Numbered from the stretch's first letter, positions 36,146 to 46,779 are shown. The stretch: 64,000 nucleotides of DNA from an uncultured Alphaproteobacteria bacterium (GCA_944389265.1 CALXLS010000002.1:177349-241348); one strand, 5' to 3'. The notes: a model not told the origin generated them from the sequence alone. Made by a program: numbers and translations.

Positions 36146-37006
36146 ATGAAAATCAACATACCAAAAATGAATATTGAAAGCGCACATAGCGATTATATCG
36201 CAATGAAAGACGGTTCAAAAACATACAACGAATTCAAAGCATTTTCATATTATTCCCCAGCGTACGTTGTCACGAACGAAGATATCAGATGGGTATCAGA
36301 ACTAACATCTACAGAAGCAAAAAAAGTCTTAACCGTAATGGGCAGCGGTGAACAGCCTATGTTTTACAGCCTAAACGGCGCGACAGAAATAGATACATTT
36401 GATATATCTTTCTGCGCAAAAGCAATTTCTGACATAAAAACAGTTGCTATACATAAGTTAAGTCGCAAAGATTATACACACTTATTAACCGATTTACATT
36501 TTAGTCGCAACATTTCATCAATTCCAAATATAAAACAAATATTGTCAGAAATTCCTAAAAACAGTCAAACTTTTATTCAACAAATGAATGACTGTAATAT
36601 TTTCAGTAACGGTCTAAGCCCACAAAACTATATAGACTATCTTCCTACGAATGAAGAATTTGAAACTATGCAGAAAAAGATATCCCAACCATTTAAATTT
36701 ATTTGGACAGACATAAAATCATTACATTCACGTTTAATAAAAGAATATGACGTCATTAATTTATCTAATATTCTAGAATACATGAAAAAAGAGCAGATTC
36801 ATTCTATTTTAGCAAGTTTACGAAACTATGTTCGCCCAGAAGGTTATATAATTGCCCAAACAGGCAACTGGGGAATATACAAAAACAGACAAGCCTTTTA
36901 TGAAGCTTCAAAAAAATTCAAAAGATGGGCAAAAATTGGTTATATTCAAAAAGATAAGACCAACGCAAATTCTGAAATGATAGCCGTCTTACAAAGAACA
37001 AGATAA
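36146..37006 (+). CDS. Hypothetical protein (286 aa). Possibly a class-I SAM-dependent methyltransferase-like fold.
   Basis: VLTVMGSGEQ resembles motif I, and EIDTFDIS and DVINLSNILEY resemble post-I and II motifs. AAAAGG SD. Assignment is tentative. Confidence 0.5.
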   Translation: MKINIPKMNIESAHSDYIAMKDGSKTYNEFKAFSYYSPAYVVTNEDIRWVSELTSTEAKKVLTVMGSGEQPMFYSLNGATEIDTFDISFCAKAISDIKTVAIHKLSRKDYTHLLTDLHFSRNISSIPNIKQILSEIPKNSQTFIQQMNDCNIFSNGLSPQNYIDYLPTNEEFETMQKKISQPFKFIWTDIKSLHSRLIKEYDVINLSNILEYMKKEQIHSILASLRNYVRPEGYIIAQTGNWGIYKNRQAFYEASKKFKRWAKIGYIQKDKTNANSEMIAVLQRTR

Positions 37007-37030
37007 AGTCTGAAACAAAATAAAAAAAAT

Positions 37031-37059
37031 AAAAAAATGCCCCAGATGGGGCATTTTTA
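37031..37059. terminator. Bidirectional terminator between 36146-37006 (+) and rplQ (-)
   Basis: AAAAAAA-TGCCCCA-ga-TGGGGCA-TTTTT. Confidence 0.7.
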
Positions 37060-37072
37060 CAAACCATACACA

Positions 37073-37585
37073 TTACTTTTTAGAAGCAGTGCGACGTTTA
37101 GTTGTTTCTTTTTTTGTTTCTGCTGTTTTTTCTTCTTTTGCAGTTTCCTTTTCAGCCTGTTCCGCTGCTGTTTTTTCTGCAGATTCTTCAGCAACCTTTT
37201 TTACAACCTTTTTCGCATTAACATCACGGTCGACCAATTCAATGATAGCCATAGGTGCAGCATCGCCATAACGAAAGCCTGCTTTCAAAACGCGAGTATA
37301 ACCACCAGGGCGTTTTGCATAACGAGGTCCCAAAACAGTAAATAATTTTTTTACTGTTGCTGCAGAATCATTACCTAATTCACTTGCAGTCAAACGACGA
37401 TTAGCAACTGTATCGACCTTTGCGCGAGTAATCAATTTTTCAACTACGCTACGCAAATCTTTTGCTTTTGGCAAAGTCGTTTTAATTTGTTCTTTTTCAA
37501 TTAAGTTTTTCGCCAGACCAATAAACAAAGCCTTGCGAGCATTTGTATCGCGATTAAAAGTGCGACCTGCTTTCATATGTCTCAT
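37073..37585 (-). CDS. rplQ: 50S ribosomal protein L17 (with K/E/A-rich C-terminal extension)
   Basis: [45 protein letters not shown]...YTRVLK is the L17 signature. AAAGGAGTAATCG SD. Confidence 0.93.
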   Translation of the reverse strand: MRHMKAGRTFNRDTNARKALFIGLAKNLIEKEQIKTTLPKAKDLRSVVEKLITRAKVDTVANRRLTASELGNDSAATVKKLFTVLGPRYAKRPGGYTRVLKAGFRYGDAAPMAIIELVDRDVNAKKVVKKVAEESAEKTAAEQAEKETAKEEKTAETKKETTKRRTASKK

Positions 37586-37789
37586 CGATTACTCCTTTAT
37601 TTTGTTCTGCCCCAGTTTTCACCGGGGATTTCTGAGACTTCCCTAGCCTAAAACATAAATTTCAGAACCAGGAATTTATTTTTGTTTTGAATATTCTCCA
37701 AAAAAGACCATCCGCAAAATTTGAGCAAAAACATTTTCACTTTGCAAAAATTTTTCTTTTTTGTTTTTATTCTGTTTCACTATCAATCC

Positions 37790-38818
37790 TTATTTATATG
37801 GATCTTCATATTTTTTTGCCAATTCAGCAATATTTTCTGGTGGCCAACCTGGTACATCCATACCCAAACTTAAACCCATTGCTTCCAATTGAACTTTAAT
37901 TTCGTTCAAAGACTTACGGCCAAAGTTAGGTGTCTTTAACATATCTGCTTCTGTCTTCTGTACCAATTCACCCAACCAGTTAATCTTATCGTTCTTCAAG
38001 CAGTTATTTGCACGAACAGATAATTCAAGTTCATCAACATGCTTCAACAATTTTGGATCGAATGGCAAAGCATCTTTTGCTTTTTCTTCTTCTGTAGGCG
38101 CATTAATCTGTGCTGGGTCTTCAAAGTTGATGAATACAACCAATTGATCTGTCAAGATACGTGCTGCGAAAGCGATTGCATCTTCTGGAGAAACAGAACC
38201 GTTTGTCTTAACAGTTAATTCCAATTTATCAAAGTCTGTTGACTGTCCAACACGAGTTTCTGAAACTGCAGAAGCAACATTCAAAATCGGCGAGAAGATA
38301 GAATCAACAGGAATAACCCCCAATGGCAAACCTTCTGCGTGTGCACTTGCAGGCACATAACCACGACCGGTTGCCAAAGTGATTTCCATATCCAAACTTG
38401 CGCCTTTATCCAAAGTGCAAATTTCGACATCTTTATTCATAACTTCAACATTACCAGTTGTTTCAATCATACCTGCTGTAACAACTGCTGGACCTTTTAC
38501 TTTCAAATAAGCTTTATGCTGTCCTTCTGTCAAAGCCTTGAAATAAACACCTTTCAAATTCAAAATAATATCTGTGACATCTTCACGAACACCAGATATA
38601 CTGGAAAATTCATGTTGAACCCCATCAATTTTAATATAAATCGGTGCACACCCCTGCAAGGAAGATAACAATACACGACGCAGTGCGGTACCTAATGTTA
38701 AACCAAATCCCTTTTCTAGTGGTTCTGCTACCAAAGTTGCTAAATTAGGATTATGCTCATCTACCTTGATATTAAGTTTTTTAGGCTTAATCAAAGTCAT
38801 CCAGTTTTTTTCAATCAT
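37790..38818 (-). CDS. rpoA: DNA-directed RNA polymerase subunit alpha
   Basis: 342 aa. The N-terminal domain ...[27 protein letters not shown] and the C-terminal domain ...[46 protein letters not shown] are canonical. Confidence 0.95.
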   Translation of the reverse strand: MIEKNWMTLIKPKKLNIKVDEHNPNLATLVAEPLEKGFGLTLGTALRRVLLSSLQGCAPIYIKIDGVQHEFSSISGVREDVTDIILNLKGVYFKALTEGQHKAYLKVKGPAVVTAGMIETTGNVEVMNKDVEICTLDKGASLDMEITLATGRGYVPASAHAEGLPLGVIPVDSIFSPILNVASAVSETRVGQSTDFDKLELTVKTNGSVSPEDAIAFAARILTDQLVVFINFEDPAQINAPTEEEKAKDALPFDPKLLKHVDELELSVRANNCLKNDKINWLGELVQKTEADMLKTPNFGRKSLNEIKVQLEAMGLSLGMDVPGWPPENIAELAKKYEDPYK

Positions 38819-38984
38819 GAATATTTCCTTTAGGCTTAGTTTATTATTTTCACCATTCGGTTGCCCACATAACCTTATGTGCGCTCGCGAATTTTATATC
38901 AGAAATATATAAAAGTCAAACATTTATTAAGAAAAAAACGCTTAATTAACCCGCAAAAACAAAGTAGAAAAAACGCACAAAATG

Positions 38985-39013
38985 TTGACAACTAAAATTT
39001 ATTGTCCTAAGAT
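38985..39013 (+). promoter_or_regulatory. Sigma70-like promoter for the small secreted protein gene
   Basis: TTGACA, a 17-nt spacer, then TAAGAT. Sits ~27 nt upstream of the ATG at 39040. Confidence 0.45.
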
Positions 39014-39039
39014 AACAATAATCTTACAAAAGGACAAAT

Positions 39040-39384
39040 ATGAAAAAATTATTTTTAGGTTTTATTTTTGCAGGTGCTTTGTGTTCTAATGCATTTGCTT
39101 ATCAAGAAACAGAAACTTATACAGTTCGTGAAAAATTAACTATTGATACCGTTTCATACACAAATCGCGCATATGTTGCGCCTAAAAAAGCAAATTACAA
39201 AAACGATTGCCGTCGCGTGGCATCTTCTATTGAAGTTCCTCGTAATTACTGCGGTTGCCAAATGGCTGCAAAACCAGTTAAGGTAAAAACATACACAGAA
39301 GTAATTGACCATTACCAAGTATATAAACCTGTGACAAAATATGTTCCTGCTGGTACATTTTCAACTCGTAGAATTGTAAAATAA
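39040..39384 (+). CDS. Small secreted protein (114 aa), inserted antisense between rpsK and rpoA
   Basis: Signal peptide MKKLFLGFIFAGALCSNAFA. AAAAGGACAAAT SD. Four Cys. Followed by a strong bidirectional terminator. Confidence 0.7.
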   Translation: MKKLFLGFIFAGALCSNAFAYQETETYTVREKLTIDTVSYTNRAYVAPKKANYKNDCRRVASSIEVPRNYCGCQMAAKPVKVKTYTEVIDHYQVYKPVTKYVPAGTFSTRRIVK

Positions 39385-39401
39385 AAAAAATAAAACCAAA
39401 A

Positions 39402-39430
39402 TAAAAATCCCGCGAATGCGGGATTTTTTA
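39402..39430. terminator. Bidirectional terminator between the small secreted gene (+) and rpsK (-)
   Basis: AAAAA-TCCCGC-gaat-GCGGGA-TTTTTT. Confidence 0.75.
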
Positions 39431-39450
39431 TTATCAATAATTCATCATAA

Positions 39451-39834
39451 TTATACACGACGAACTTTCTTTGGACGGCATCCGTTGTGTGGGATACGTG
39501 TAGTATCTGTAATAGACTGAACAATCAATCCTGCATTCGCCAAACCACGTACAGCAGATTCACGACCTTGACCAATACCACGCATCAAAACATCAACTGT
39601 TTTCATGCCCATTTCAGCAACTTTCTTACCGACTGCGTCTGCAACAACAGTTGCTGCATATGGTGTAGATTTTTTAGCGCCTTTAAAATTATTTGCACCA
39701 GCCGTTGCCCAAGTTAAAACTGCACCAGACTGATCTGTGATTGTGATACGAGTATTGTTATTAGTCGCGACAACATGGGCGATACCATGAGATACTTTTT
39801 TTACGACTTTCTTTTTAGCTTTTGTAACTGCCAT
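39451..39834 (-). CDS. rpsK: 30S ribosomal protein S11
   Basis: GIAHVVATNNNTRITITDQSGAVLTWATAG...RIPHNGCRPKKVRRV is canonical S11. Confidence 0.95.
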   Translation of the reverse strand: MAVTKAKKKVVKKVSHGIAHVVATNNNTRITITDQSGAVLTWATAGANNFKGAKKSTPYAATVVADAVGKKVAEMGMKTVDVLMRGIGQGRESAVRGLANAGLIVQSITDTTRIPHNGCRPKKVRRV

Positions 39835-39895
39835 TTTATAATTACCTTTTTAGATGTCTTCAATTAACTATCGTGTTAATCTCTACCTGTTAATA

Positions 39896-40273
39896 TTATT
39901 TACCCTTTACTGCGGAACCAGCAACTACAACGCGCTTACCCTTACGAGTACGAGCATTTGTCTGAGTACGCTGACCGCGAACCGGTAAACGGTTACGATG
40001 ACGAATACCGCGATATGTTTTCAAATCTTGCAAACGTTTAATATTCATTGCAACTTCACGGCGAACATCACCTTCTACTTTAAAGTTTTCTTCTATATAT
40101 TTAGAAATTTTAACAACTTCCTCATCAGTCAAGTCTTTCGCGCGCAGACCATCTTTCAATTTCAAAGCCCTGCAAATCTGAGCAGACTTTGCAGGTCCAA
40201 TACCATGAATGTATTGCAACGCGATTTCAATGCGCTTTTCTGTAGGAATGTTAACACCTGCTATACGTGCCAT
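39896..40273 (-). CDS. rpsM: 30S ribosomal protein S13
   Basis: [34 protein letters not shown]...[25 protein letters not shown] is canonical S13. Confidence 0.95.
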   Translation of the reverse strand: MARIAGVNIPTEKRIEIALQYIHGIGPAKSAQICRALKLKDGLRAKDLTDEEVVKISKYIEENFKVEGDVRREVAMNIKRLQDLKTYRGIRHRNRLPVRGQRTQTNARTRKGKRVVVAGSAVKGK

Positions 40274-40449
40274 TTTTCATTTTCCTTTTTATTTATTGCG
40301 GAACATAATTTTATAAGTTCCGATACCAAACTCTTAAAAAACTGCCGTCAGATTTTCAAGAGTATTTTATTTTGCTGCATTATTTTATACAAAATGCTGC
40401 AAAAGTCAAATTTTGTTTTGCTTCTCATCAAGACACATAAAGACAATCT

Positions 40450-41766
40450 TTAACGGAAGCGACCTTTTTTCTGTGCGCTATTAATAACGCTTTTATATTG
40501 CTTTGCGACCAAATAAGACTGAACTTGATTCATAGTATCCAAGACAACACCAGCAACGATTAAAACGCTGGTACCCCCGATTGTCAAAGGCATTCCCATA
40601 TGAGCATTCAGAATTATTGGTACAACGCAGACAACGACTAAGTATAAAACACCTATTGCCGTTGTCCGAGAAACAACTGCATCTAAATAATGCATAGTCT
40701 GTTCACCTGGGCGAACACCTGGTATATAACCACCTGCATTTTTCAGATTATTACTTGTTTCTTCTGAATTAAATATAACCGCAGTCTGGAAATATGCAAA
40801 GAACGCGATTAAAATTGTATATGTTATGATATAAGACCATGCACCATAAGTAAAGAAAGCCATAATATTTTGTACAATTACATTTTCGCTTTGCGCGAAA
40901 CGCTGTATAAACGCCGGCAACATCATAATACTTGCTGCAAAAACAGGTCCCATAACACCAGACATATTAACTTTGATAGGCAGATAAGAAGCATTTGTAT
41001 TCATGACACCGTTCGCCATAACCTGACGAGGGTATAAAATTTGAATACGACGTTGTGCCTGTTCAAAAAACGCAATCAAAGCTATGATACCGATAACGAA
41101 TGCTATTACCAGCGCAATCATCGCAGGTGAAATTTGTCCGACAGACCCCAAAGATAACAACTGAGCAATACCTCCTGGGACTTCTGCTATAATACCTGCA
41201 AAGATTAACAATGATGCACCCTGCCCTATACCACGTGCTGTAATTTGTTCTGCCAACCACATAACAAATACGGTACCACCGACCAGAGCAATTATAGCGG
41301 ACAATTCGAAAGCAAATCCTGGGTTAACAACCGCGGCAACCCCATTTACTGGTGCCATTGATTCCAAACCACGAACTACTGCCCAACCTTGAACTACGGC
41401 CAAGAAAACTGCTAAATAACGAGTATACTGGTTGATTTTGATACGCCCTGATTCACCTTCTTTGCGCAATTCGTTTAAAGATTTGCTTGTAGCCGTTAAT
41501 AATTGCAGAACGATTGACGCAGAGATATAAGGGAAGATGTTCAATGCCAAAACAGACATACGCGACAAGGAACCACCCGAAAACATATCAAACATTCCCA
41601 TCATACCACTGCCTTCACCACTAAACAAGTGAAGTACCGCAGAAGCATTAACACCTGGCAGAGGAATAAAAGAACCTATACGATACACAATTAACGCACC
41701 CAGTGTAAACAGTATGCGTTTTTGTAAATCAGATAAGTTTCCAAAAAAGTTTCTTAAAAATTTCAT
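40450..41766 (-). CDS. secY: Preprotein translocase subunit SecY
   Basis: 438 aa, ten TM segments. The N-terminus ...LQKRILFTLGALIVYRIGSFIPLPGVN is typical of SecY. Confidence 0.95.
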   Translation of the reverse strand: MKFLRNFFGNLSDLQKRILFTLGALIVYRIGSFIPLPGVNASAVLHLFSGEGSGMMGMFDMFSGGSLSRMSVLALNIFPYISASIVLQLLTATSKSLNELRKEGESGRIKINQYTRYLAVFLAVVQGWAVVRGLESMAPVNGVAAVVNPGFAFELSAIIALVGGTVFVMWLAEQITARGIGQGASLLIFAGIIAEVPGGIAQLLSLGSVGQISPAMIALVIAFVIGIIALIAFFEQAQRRIQILYPRQVMANGVMNTNASYLPIKVNMSGVMGPVFAASIMMLPAFIQRFAQSENVIVQNIMAFFTYGAWSYIITYTILIAFFAYFQTAVIFNSEETSNNLKNAGGYIPGVRPGEQTMHYLDAVVSRTTAIGVLYLVVVCVVPIILNAHMGMPLTIGGTSVLIVAGVVLDTMNQVQSYLVAKQYKSVINSAQKKGRFR

Positions 41767-41825
41767 GCGAACGAACTTTTATTGTTAGTTTGCATCTGGC
41801 ATACCAGATGCAAACATTATAAAGA

Positions 41826-42284
41826 TTACTTATTTTTTATTGAACCGCCAGCTTTAACGATTGCTTTTTCAGCTGCCTTTGACCATTTATCAGCGATAAT
41901 ATTAACAGATGTTTTTATTTCGCCTTTGGCCAAAACCTTCAAGCCTGACAATTTACGATTAACGATTTTGGCATTTAACAAAGAATCAATTGAAATCGGT
42001 GATTTTGCATCAATTTTACCAGATGCGATAAATTTTTCGATATCACCTAAATTGATAGTAACATATTCTTTAGCGAAAGGATTGTTAAAACCAAATTTTG
42101 GGAAACGACGCAAAATTGGCATCTGTCCACCTTGGAAAGTAGCCTGTTTACGAGAACCGCTACGAGCTTTCTGACCTTTATTACCACGACCAGAAGTTTT
42201 ACCCATACCAGAACCGATACCACGACCAACACGCTTAACATTTGCACGAGCACCGAAATTATCCATCAAAGCATTAAGTTTCAT
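41826..42284 (-). CDS. rplO: 50S ribosomal protein L15
   Basis: MKLNALMDNFGARANVKRVGRGIGSGMGKTSGRGNKGQKARSG is canonical L15. Confidence 0.95.
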   Translation of the reverse strand: MKLNALMDNFGARANVKRVGRGIGSGMGKTSGRGNKGQKARSGSRKQATFQGGQMPILRRFPKFGFNNPFAKEYVTINLGDIEKFIASGKIDAKSPISIDSLLNAKIVNRKLSGLKVLAKGEIKTSVNIIADKWSKAAEKAIVKAGGSIKNK

Positions 42285-42372
42285 TTTTATTTTCCTTTTT
42301 CCTGCGGTCTACTAAAAAAGTAGTCCTTTTTCGCACACAAACAAGTGTACTCGGTTTATTTATTATTTTTCT

Positions 42373-42552
42373 ACTATTTCAACCAGATGAGAAACTTTTG
42401 CAACCATACCGCGAACAGCAGGTGTATCACCAAGTTCTTTTGTTTTACCTACTCGACCTAAACCCAACGCAGCAACAACTTTGCGTTGATCTTCTGGGCG
42501 ACCGATAACGCTTTTAATTTGCTTAACAATTATCTTAGCCATAATTCACTAC
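42373..42552 (-). CDS. rpmD: 50S ribosomal protein L30
   Basis: Not in the ORF track because it is under 60 aa. Hand translation of the minus strand gives [59 protein letters not shown] (59 aa), the L30 pattern. It lies between rplO and rpsE. Confidence 0.85.
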
Positions 42553-42572
42553 TCCGTTTTTAGATGCGTTGA

Positions 42573-43133
42573 TTATTTATCTTCTGCAGTTGCTGCAGGT
42601 TCTAATTTTTTACCGTCACGACCAGCGATAATTTCCGCAACACTTTTACCGCGACGCGCTGCAACTGTTTTAGGTGAATTCATTTTTGCAAAAGCCAAGA
42701 ACGCTGCACGAATCATATTATTAGGATTATTAGACCCCTGAGATTTTACAACAACGTCTTGAACGCCCAAGCATTCGAATACCGCACGCAATGCACCACC
42801 TGCAATAATACCAGTACCAGGAACAGCACTACGAACAACCAACTTACTTGCACCGTATTTTGCTGCGCTATCATGATGCAAAGTACGACCTTCTTTCAGA
42901 GGTACGCGAATCATTTTTGCTTTCGCTGCTTTTGTTGCTTTTTGAACTGCCGCTTGAACTTCCAAAGCTTTACCTTTGCCGAATCCAACTCTACCAGCTT
43001 TATCCCCGACCACAACCAAGGCCGAGAAAGACATATTACGTCCACCTTTTACAGTCTTAGATACACGATTGATAGAAACTAATTTGTCTACCAAGTTATC
43101 CGTCTGCAATTTTTTATCATCAAAACGTGCCAT
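42573..43133 (-). CDS. rpsE: 30S ribosomal protein S5
   Basis: ...[38 protein letters not shown]... is canonical S5. Confidence 0.95.
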   Translation of the reverse strand: MARFDDKKLQTDNLVDKLVSINRVSKTVKGGRNMSFSALVVVGDKAGRVGFGKGKALEVQAAVQKATKAAKAKMIRVPLKEGRTLHHDSAAKYGASKLVVRSAVPGTGIIAGGALRAVFECLGVQDVVVKSQGSNNPNNMIRAAFLAFAKMNSPKTVAARRGKSVAEIIAGRDGKKLEPAATAEDK

Positions 43134-43163
43134 TATAAACTCCGTATATTCAGAAACACATTA

Positions 43164-43520
43164 TTAAATTCTAACACCACCTGCACGGATTGCTTCGCAC
43201 AGAGCCTTTACACGACCGTGATAACGATAACCACCACGATCAAAATAACAATTATCAGCAATATTTGCTTTAACTGCACGTTCTGCGAACGCTTTACCGA
43301 CTAACTCAGCACCGGCGATATTCCAACCTTTGCCTTTAAAGTCTTTTTCTTTTGAAGATGCAGCACAAATTGTATGACCCTTAACATCATCAATAGCCTG
43401 AATTTCAATATGACGCCCAGAACGAAAAACCGACAAACGGATTTTACCTGGATTTTTTCTTTTTAACGCCGCGCGATTTGCTAACGTACGTCTTTCTTCT
43501 GTAGACAAATGTTTTAACAT
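43164..43520 (-). CDS. rplR: 50S ribosomal protein L18
   Basis: [11 protein letters not shown]...[18 protein letters not shown]...[23 protein letters not shown]. The start is placed at the internal ATG with an AGGAAAAAAGGAAAC SD. The 14-codon extension in the ORF track is rejected. Confidence 0.9.
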   Translation of the reverse strand: MLKHLSTEERRTLANRAALKRKNPGKIRLSVFRSGRHIEIQAIDDVKGHTICAASSKEKDFKGKGWNIAGAELVGKAFAERAVKANIADNCYFDRGGYRYHGRVKALCEAIRAGGVRI

Positions 43521-43540
43521 TTTGTTTCCTTTTTTCCTAA

Positions 43541-43558
43541 TCCCCGTAACAGCGGGAA
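43541..43558 (-). repeat. 18-nt palindromic hairpin element, copy 1, in the rplF-rplR intergenic region
   Basis: TCCCCGTAACAGCGGGAA, identical to 45503-45520. Stem CCCGC/GCGGG. Confidence 0.8.
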
Positions 43559-43572
43559 TCAAACCTTATTTA

Positions 43573-44124
43573 TTATTTCTTCTTACCTTCTTTACGACGG
43601 ATTCTTTCGCCCTTGTAGAAGATACCTTTACCCTTATAAGGATCAGCTTTACGAACCTTATGAACTTTATCTGCAAAAAGTCCGACCAAGCATTTATCAA
43701 TACCTTTAATAGCAAATTCTGTTGGTGTTTCACCCATCTGAACTGTCAAACCTGCTGGAATTTCCATGATAACATCATGAGAATAACCTGCAACCAAAAC
43801 CAACTTGTTACCATTAACGGATGCTTTATAACCGACACCCTTCATATACATTTCTTTAGTAAAACCGTTTGAAACGCCTTCAACCGCAGAACGAATATTA
43901 CGAGTCATTGTACCCCACATAGCACGAGAAGCCTTATCTTCTGCATCTTTTGGTGTAACAACGATATTATCTGCTTCAATAACAACGTCAACCAAACCGG
44001 CATGCTTTGTATCCAAAGCCAAGTTCATTTCGCCTTTTGGACCTTTAACTGTTAAGACATTCCCAGCAATTGCCGCAGATACGCCTTCTTTCAGTTTAAC
44101 TGGATATTTTCCTGCACGAGACAT
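43573..44124 (-). CDS. rplF: 50S ribosomal protein L6
   Basis: MSRAGKYPVKLKEGVSAAIAGNVLTVKGPKG... is canonical L6. Confidence 0.95.
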   Translation of the reverse strand: MSRAGKYPVKLKEGVSAAIAGNVLTVKGPKGEMNLALDTKHAGLVDVVIEADNIVVTPKDAEDKASRAMWGTMTRNIRSAVEGVSNGFTKEMYMKGVGYKASVNGNKLVLVAGYSHDVIMEIPAGLTVQMGETPTEFAIKGIDKCLVGLFADKVHKVRKADPYKGKGIFYKGERIRRKEGKKK

Positions 44125-44144
44125 AACTTAAACCTCACTTCTAA

Positions 44145-44543
44145 TTAGATAACCTTGCACAATACTTCGCCACCGACATTCATCAAGCGCGCCTTGTGAT
44201 CGGTCATAACGCCGTTTGGTGTAGAAACAATCGCGATACCCAAGCCGTTTAAAACTTTTGGCATTTTTGCACTACCAGAATATACACGACGACCTGGTTT
44301 TGAAATTACAGAAATTTCTTGGATAGCACCATTTCCGCCAACATATTTCAATTCAATGACCAAATTAGAACGATGTTCGTCTATTTGTTCTTTGCGGAAA
44401 TCAGTAATAAAACCTTCATCTTTCAAAACAGCCAAAACTGCTGCACGCAATTTGCTGTTTGGAACAGTTACAAATTCTTTACCGGCATTCTGACCGTTAC
44501 GAATACGAGTCAGCATATCTCCGATTGGGTGTGATAATGACAT
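44145..44543 (-). CDS. rpsH: 30S ribosomal protein S8
   Basis: MSLSHPIGDMLTRIRNGQNAGKEFVTVPNSKL...GGEVLCKVI is canonical S8. Confidence 0.95.
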   Translation of the reverse strand: MSLSHPIGDMLTRIRNGQNAGKEFVTVPNSKLRAAVLAVLKDEGFITDFRKEQIDEHRSNLVIELKYVGGNGAIQEISVISKPGRRVYSGSAKMPKVLNGLGIAIVSTPNGVMTDHKARLMNVGGEVLCKVI

Positions 44544-44616
44544 CTTTTACTCCTTGTTATGAACGAGTTCTCTCGTTCTGCTGCCCAGTTGCATTGTCCA
44601 CAACTGAGGTTAAAAA

Positions 44617-44919
44617 TTACCAACTTGACTTACGAACGCCCGGTAGTTTACCTTCAGACGCCATAGTACGAACCTGTTGACGGCACAAACCGAACAAGCG
44701 AGAGAAACCGCGTGAACGACCTGTAACAGAACAACGATTACGCAAACGCGTAGGATTCGCATTACGTGGCAATTTTGCTAATTTCTTCATTGCATCCATA
44801 CGTTCTTCTGGCGTTGCATTTACAGACATTTTTGCCTTGATTGCTTCGCGCTTTTTAGCGTACTGAGCAACTAATTTTTCACGTCTTTTTTGTTTGTTTA
44901 TTAACGCTAATTTAGCCAT
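44617..44919 (-). CDS. rpsN: 30S ribosomal protein S14
   Basis: [24 protein letters not shown]...[41 protein letters not shown] is the long-form S14. Confidence 0.95.
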   Translation of the reverse strand: MAKLALINKQKRREKLVAQYAKKREAIKAKMSVNATPEERMDAMKKLAKLPRNANPTRLRNRCSVTGRSRGFSRLFGLCRQQVRTMASEGKLPGVRKSSW

Positions 44920-44934
44920 TTTTATACCTTTTAA

Positions 44935-45480
44935 TTATTTCAAAACCAATGGCAAGCCGATTTTTGTCAGCAATGCACGTGCTTCATCATCAGTTTTTGC
45001 GGTTGTTGCAATAACGATATCCATTCCACGAATCGCATCAATTTTATCAACAGAAATTTCTGGGAATATCAAATGTTCTTTGATACCAAAAGCATAATTT
45101 CCACGACCGTCAAATTTAGATTTTGATAAACCACGAAAATCCTTTACACGTGGCAACGCAACAACAATCAATTTATCCAAGAAATCATACATTCTTTTGC
45201 CACGCAATGTAACTTTAGTACCGATAGGTTGACCTTCACGCAAACGATATGTAGCGATAGATTTCTTTGCACGTGTAATTACAGACTTTTGTGCTGCAAT
45301 AGCAGTCAAATCTGCAGCGGCAGAATCCAATTTCTTTTTATCAGAAATTGCTTCACCAACGCCCATATTCAAAACAATTTTAGACAGTTTTGGAACCGCC
45401 AATTTATTTTTATACCCAAATTCTTTAATTAATTCAGGTACAACTTCTTTTTCATAAATTTCACGCAATCTGCTTTGCAT
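44935..45480 (-). CDS. rplE: 50S ribosomal protein L5
   Basis: [44 protein letters not shown]... is canonical L5. Confidence 0.95.
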   Translation of the reverse strand: MQSRLREIYEKEVVPELIKEFGYKNKLAVPKLSKIVLNMGVGEAISDKKKLDSAAADLTAIAAQKSVITRAKKSIATYRLREGQPIGTKVTLRGKRMYDFLDKLIVVALPRVKDFRGLSKSKFDGRGNYAFGIKEHLIFPEISVDKIDAIRGMDIVIATTAKTDDEARALLTKIGLPLVLK

Positions 45481-45502
45481 TTTTTTATTCCTTAACGTTT
45501 TG

Positions 45503-45520
45503 TCCCCGTAACAGCGGGAA
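45503..45520 (-). repeat. 18-nt palindromic hairpin element, copy 2, in the rplX-rplE intergenic region
   Basis: TCCCCGTAACAGCGGGAA. On the mRNA it lies just upstream of the rplE SD. Confidence 0.8.
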
Positions 45521-45530
45521 CCGGTTTTTT

Positions 45531-45833
45531 TTACAATTCTACGCCAGACTTTTTTGCAACGCGAACTTTTTTACCACCTTCAACTTTGTATCCTACGCGA
45601 GTTGCTTTTTTAGTTTTTGGATCAACCAAAGCAACGTTAGATACATGAACAGGCGCTTCGCGATCAACAATATGACCAGCTTGTTCTTGCGTTGGTTTTA
45701 CGTGCCATTTGTGACGATTAACACCTTCAACTACAACGCGTGATTCAGACGGGCGCGCTTCCAGAACTTTACCTTTTACGCCTTTATATTTTCCCGAAAT
45801 AACTACGACTTCGTCGCCTTTCTTAATTTTCAT
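45531..45833 (-). CDS. rplX: 50S ribosomal protein L24
   Basis: [27 protein letters not shown]... is canonical L24 (KOW motif). Confidence 0.95.
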   Translation of the reverse strand: MKIKKGDEVVVISGKYKGVKGKVLEARPSESRVVVEGVNRHKWHVKPTQEQAGHIVDREAPVHVSNVALVDPKTKKATRVGYKVEGGKKVRVAKKSGVEL

Positions 45834-45884
45834 TTTGTAACCTTTTCTCTAACTTCTGGACCAAACTTTTATTTTAACCCATTG

Positions 45885-46259
45885 TTATATTACTTCTGGT
45901 GCCAAAGACACGATTTTCTGAACGTCATATTTACGACGAACTTCACGTGCGATAGGTCCAAAAATACGTGTACCAATTGGTTCGAAATTATTTTTGTTTA
46001 TCAGAACAACTGCATTGTCATCGAAACGAATGATTGAACCATCTGGACGTTTTACAGGGAACTTTGTACGAACGATAATAGCACGTTGAACTGTACCCTT
46101 TTGAACTTTACCGCGTGGAATCGCTTCTTTAATAGCGACGACGATTTTATCGCCAACTGTTGCATAACGACGATGAGAACCGCCCAAAACTTTGATGCAC
46201 ATTGCTTTACGCGCACCAGAGTTATCTGCAACTGTCATAACTGTTTCATTTTGTATCAT
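45885..46259 (-). CDS. rplN: 50S ribosomal protein L14
   Basis: [28 protein letters not shown]...FGPIAREVR. The start is placed at the internal ATG with an AAGGTGA SD. The 10-codon extension in the ORF track is rejected. Confidence 0.93.
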   Translation of the reverse strand: MIQNETVMTVADNSGARKAMCIKVLGGSHRRYATVGDKIVVAIKEAIPRGKVQKGTVQRAIIVRTKFPVKRPDGSIIRFDDNAVVLINKNNFEPIGTRIFGPIAREVRRKYDVQKIVSLAPEVI

Positions 46260-46367
46260 ATTTTCACCTTTTACCTGCATGCAGGGCAATCCCCTGCTGC
46301 TTTGTTATAGGTTCCGACTGCCCTGGTCTGAAAACCCTCACAAGACCTCAAAGAACCTGTTGTGATT

Positions 46368-46637
46368 TTAGTCCACTACTTCTACTGAACCGTCTTTAGA
46401 GACACCAACGCGCCCCTTTACAACCCAAGATTTTGTCTTAGAGATTGGACGATGTTCTTCGATGGCAACGATGTCACCAACTTTATATTCGTTGTTTTCA
46501 TCGTGAGCCTTATACTTTTTATTCTGCTTAACGAACTTACCGTACAAAGGATGACGGAAACGACGTTCAACTTCTACAACGACTGTTTTGTCATTTGCTG
46601 TACTTTTAACTGTTCCTTGCAGTATACGTCTTGGCAT
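46368..46637 (-). CDS. rpsQ: 30S ribosomal protein S17
   Basis: [47 protein letters not shown]... is canonical S17. Confidence 0.95.
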   Translation of the reverse strand: MPRRILQGTVKSTANDKTVVVEVERRFRHPLYGKFVKQNKKYKAHDENNEYKVGDIVAIEEHRPISKTKSWVVKGRVGVSKDGSVEVVD

Positions 46638-46779
46638 AACTATAGTCCCTTACATTTTTCTATCTCAAACTCTATAAAAGCACAATGCAAGAATAGAATT
46701 TGAAGCCCATTTTTATACCCGATTTCGGCATATGATAACTAATTTTTTAGAAATCTCAACAAAAATCGGCAATTTGTTA

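Noticed and set aside
40274-40449. Looked for rpmJ (L36) and adk in the secY-rpsM gap, and for rpsD between rpsK and rpoA
   Set aside because: Hand translation of all minus-strand frames in the gap gives no L36-like (MKVRASVKKICRNCK...) or adenylate kinase ORF. The genes are absent from this locus.
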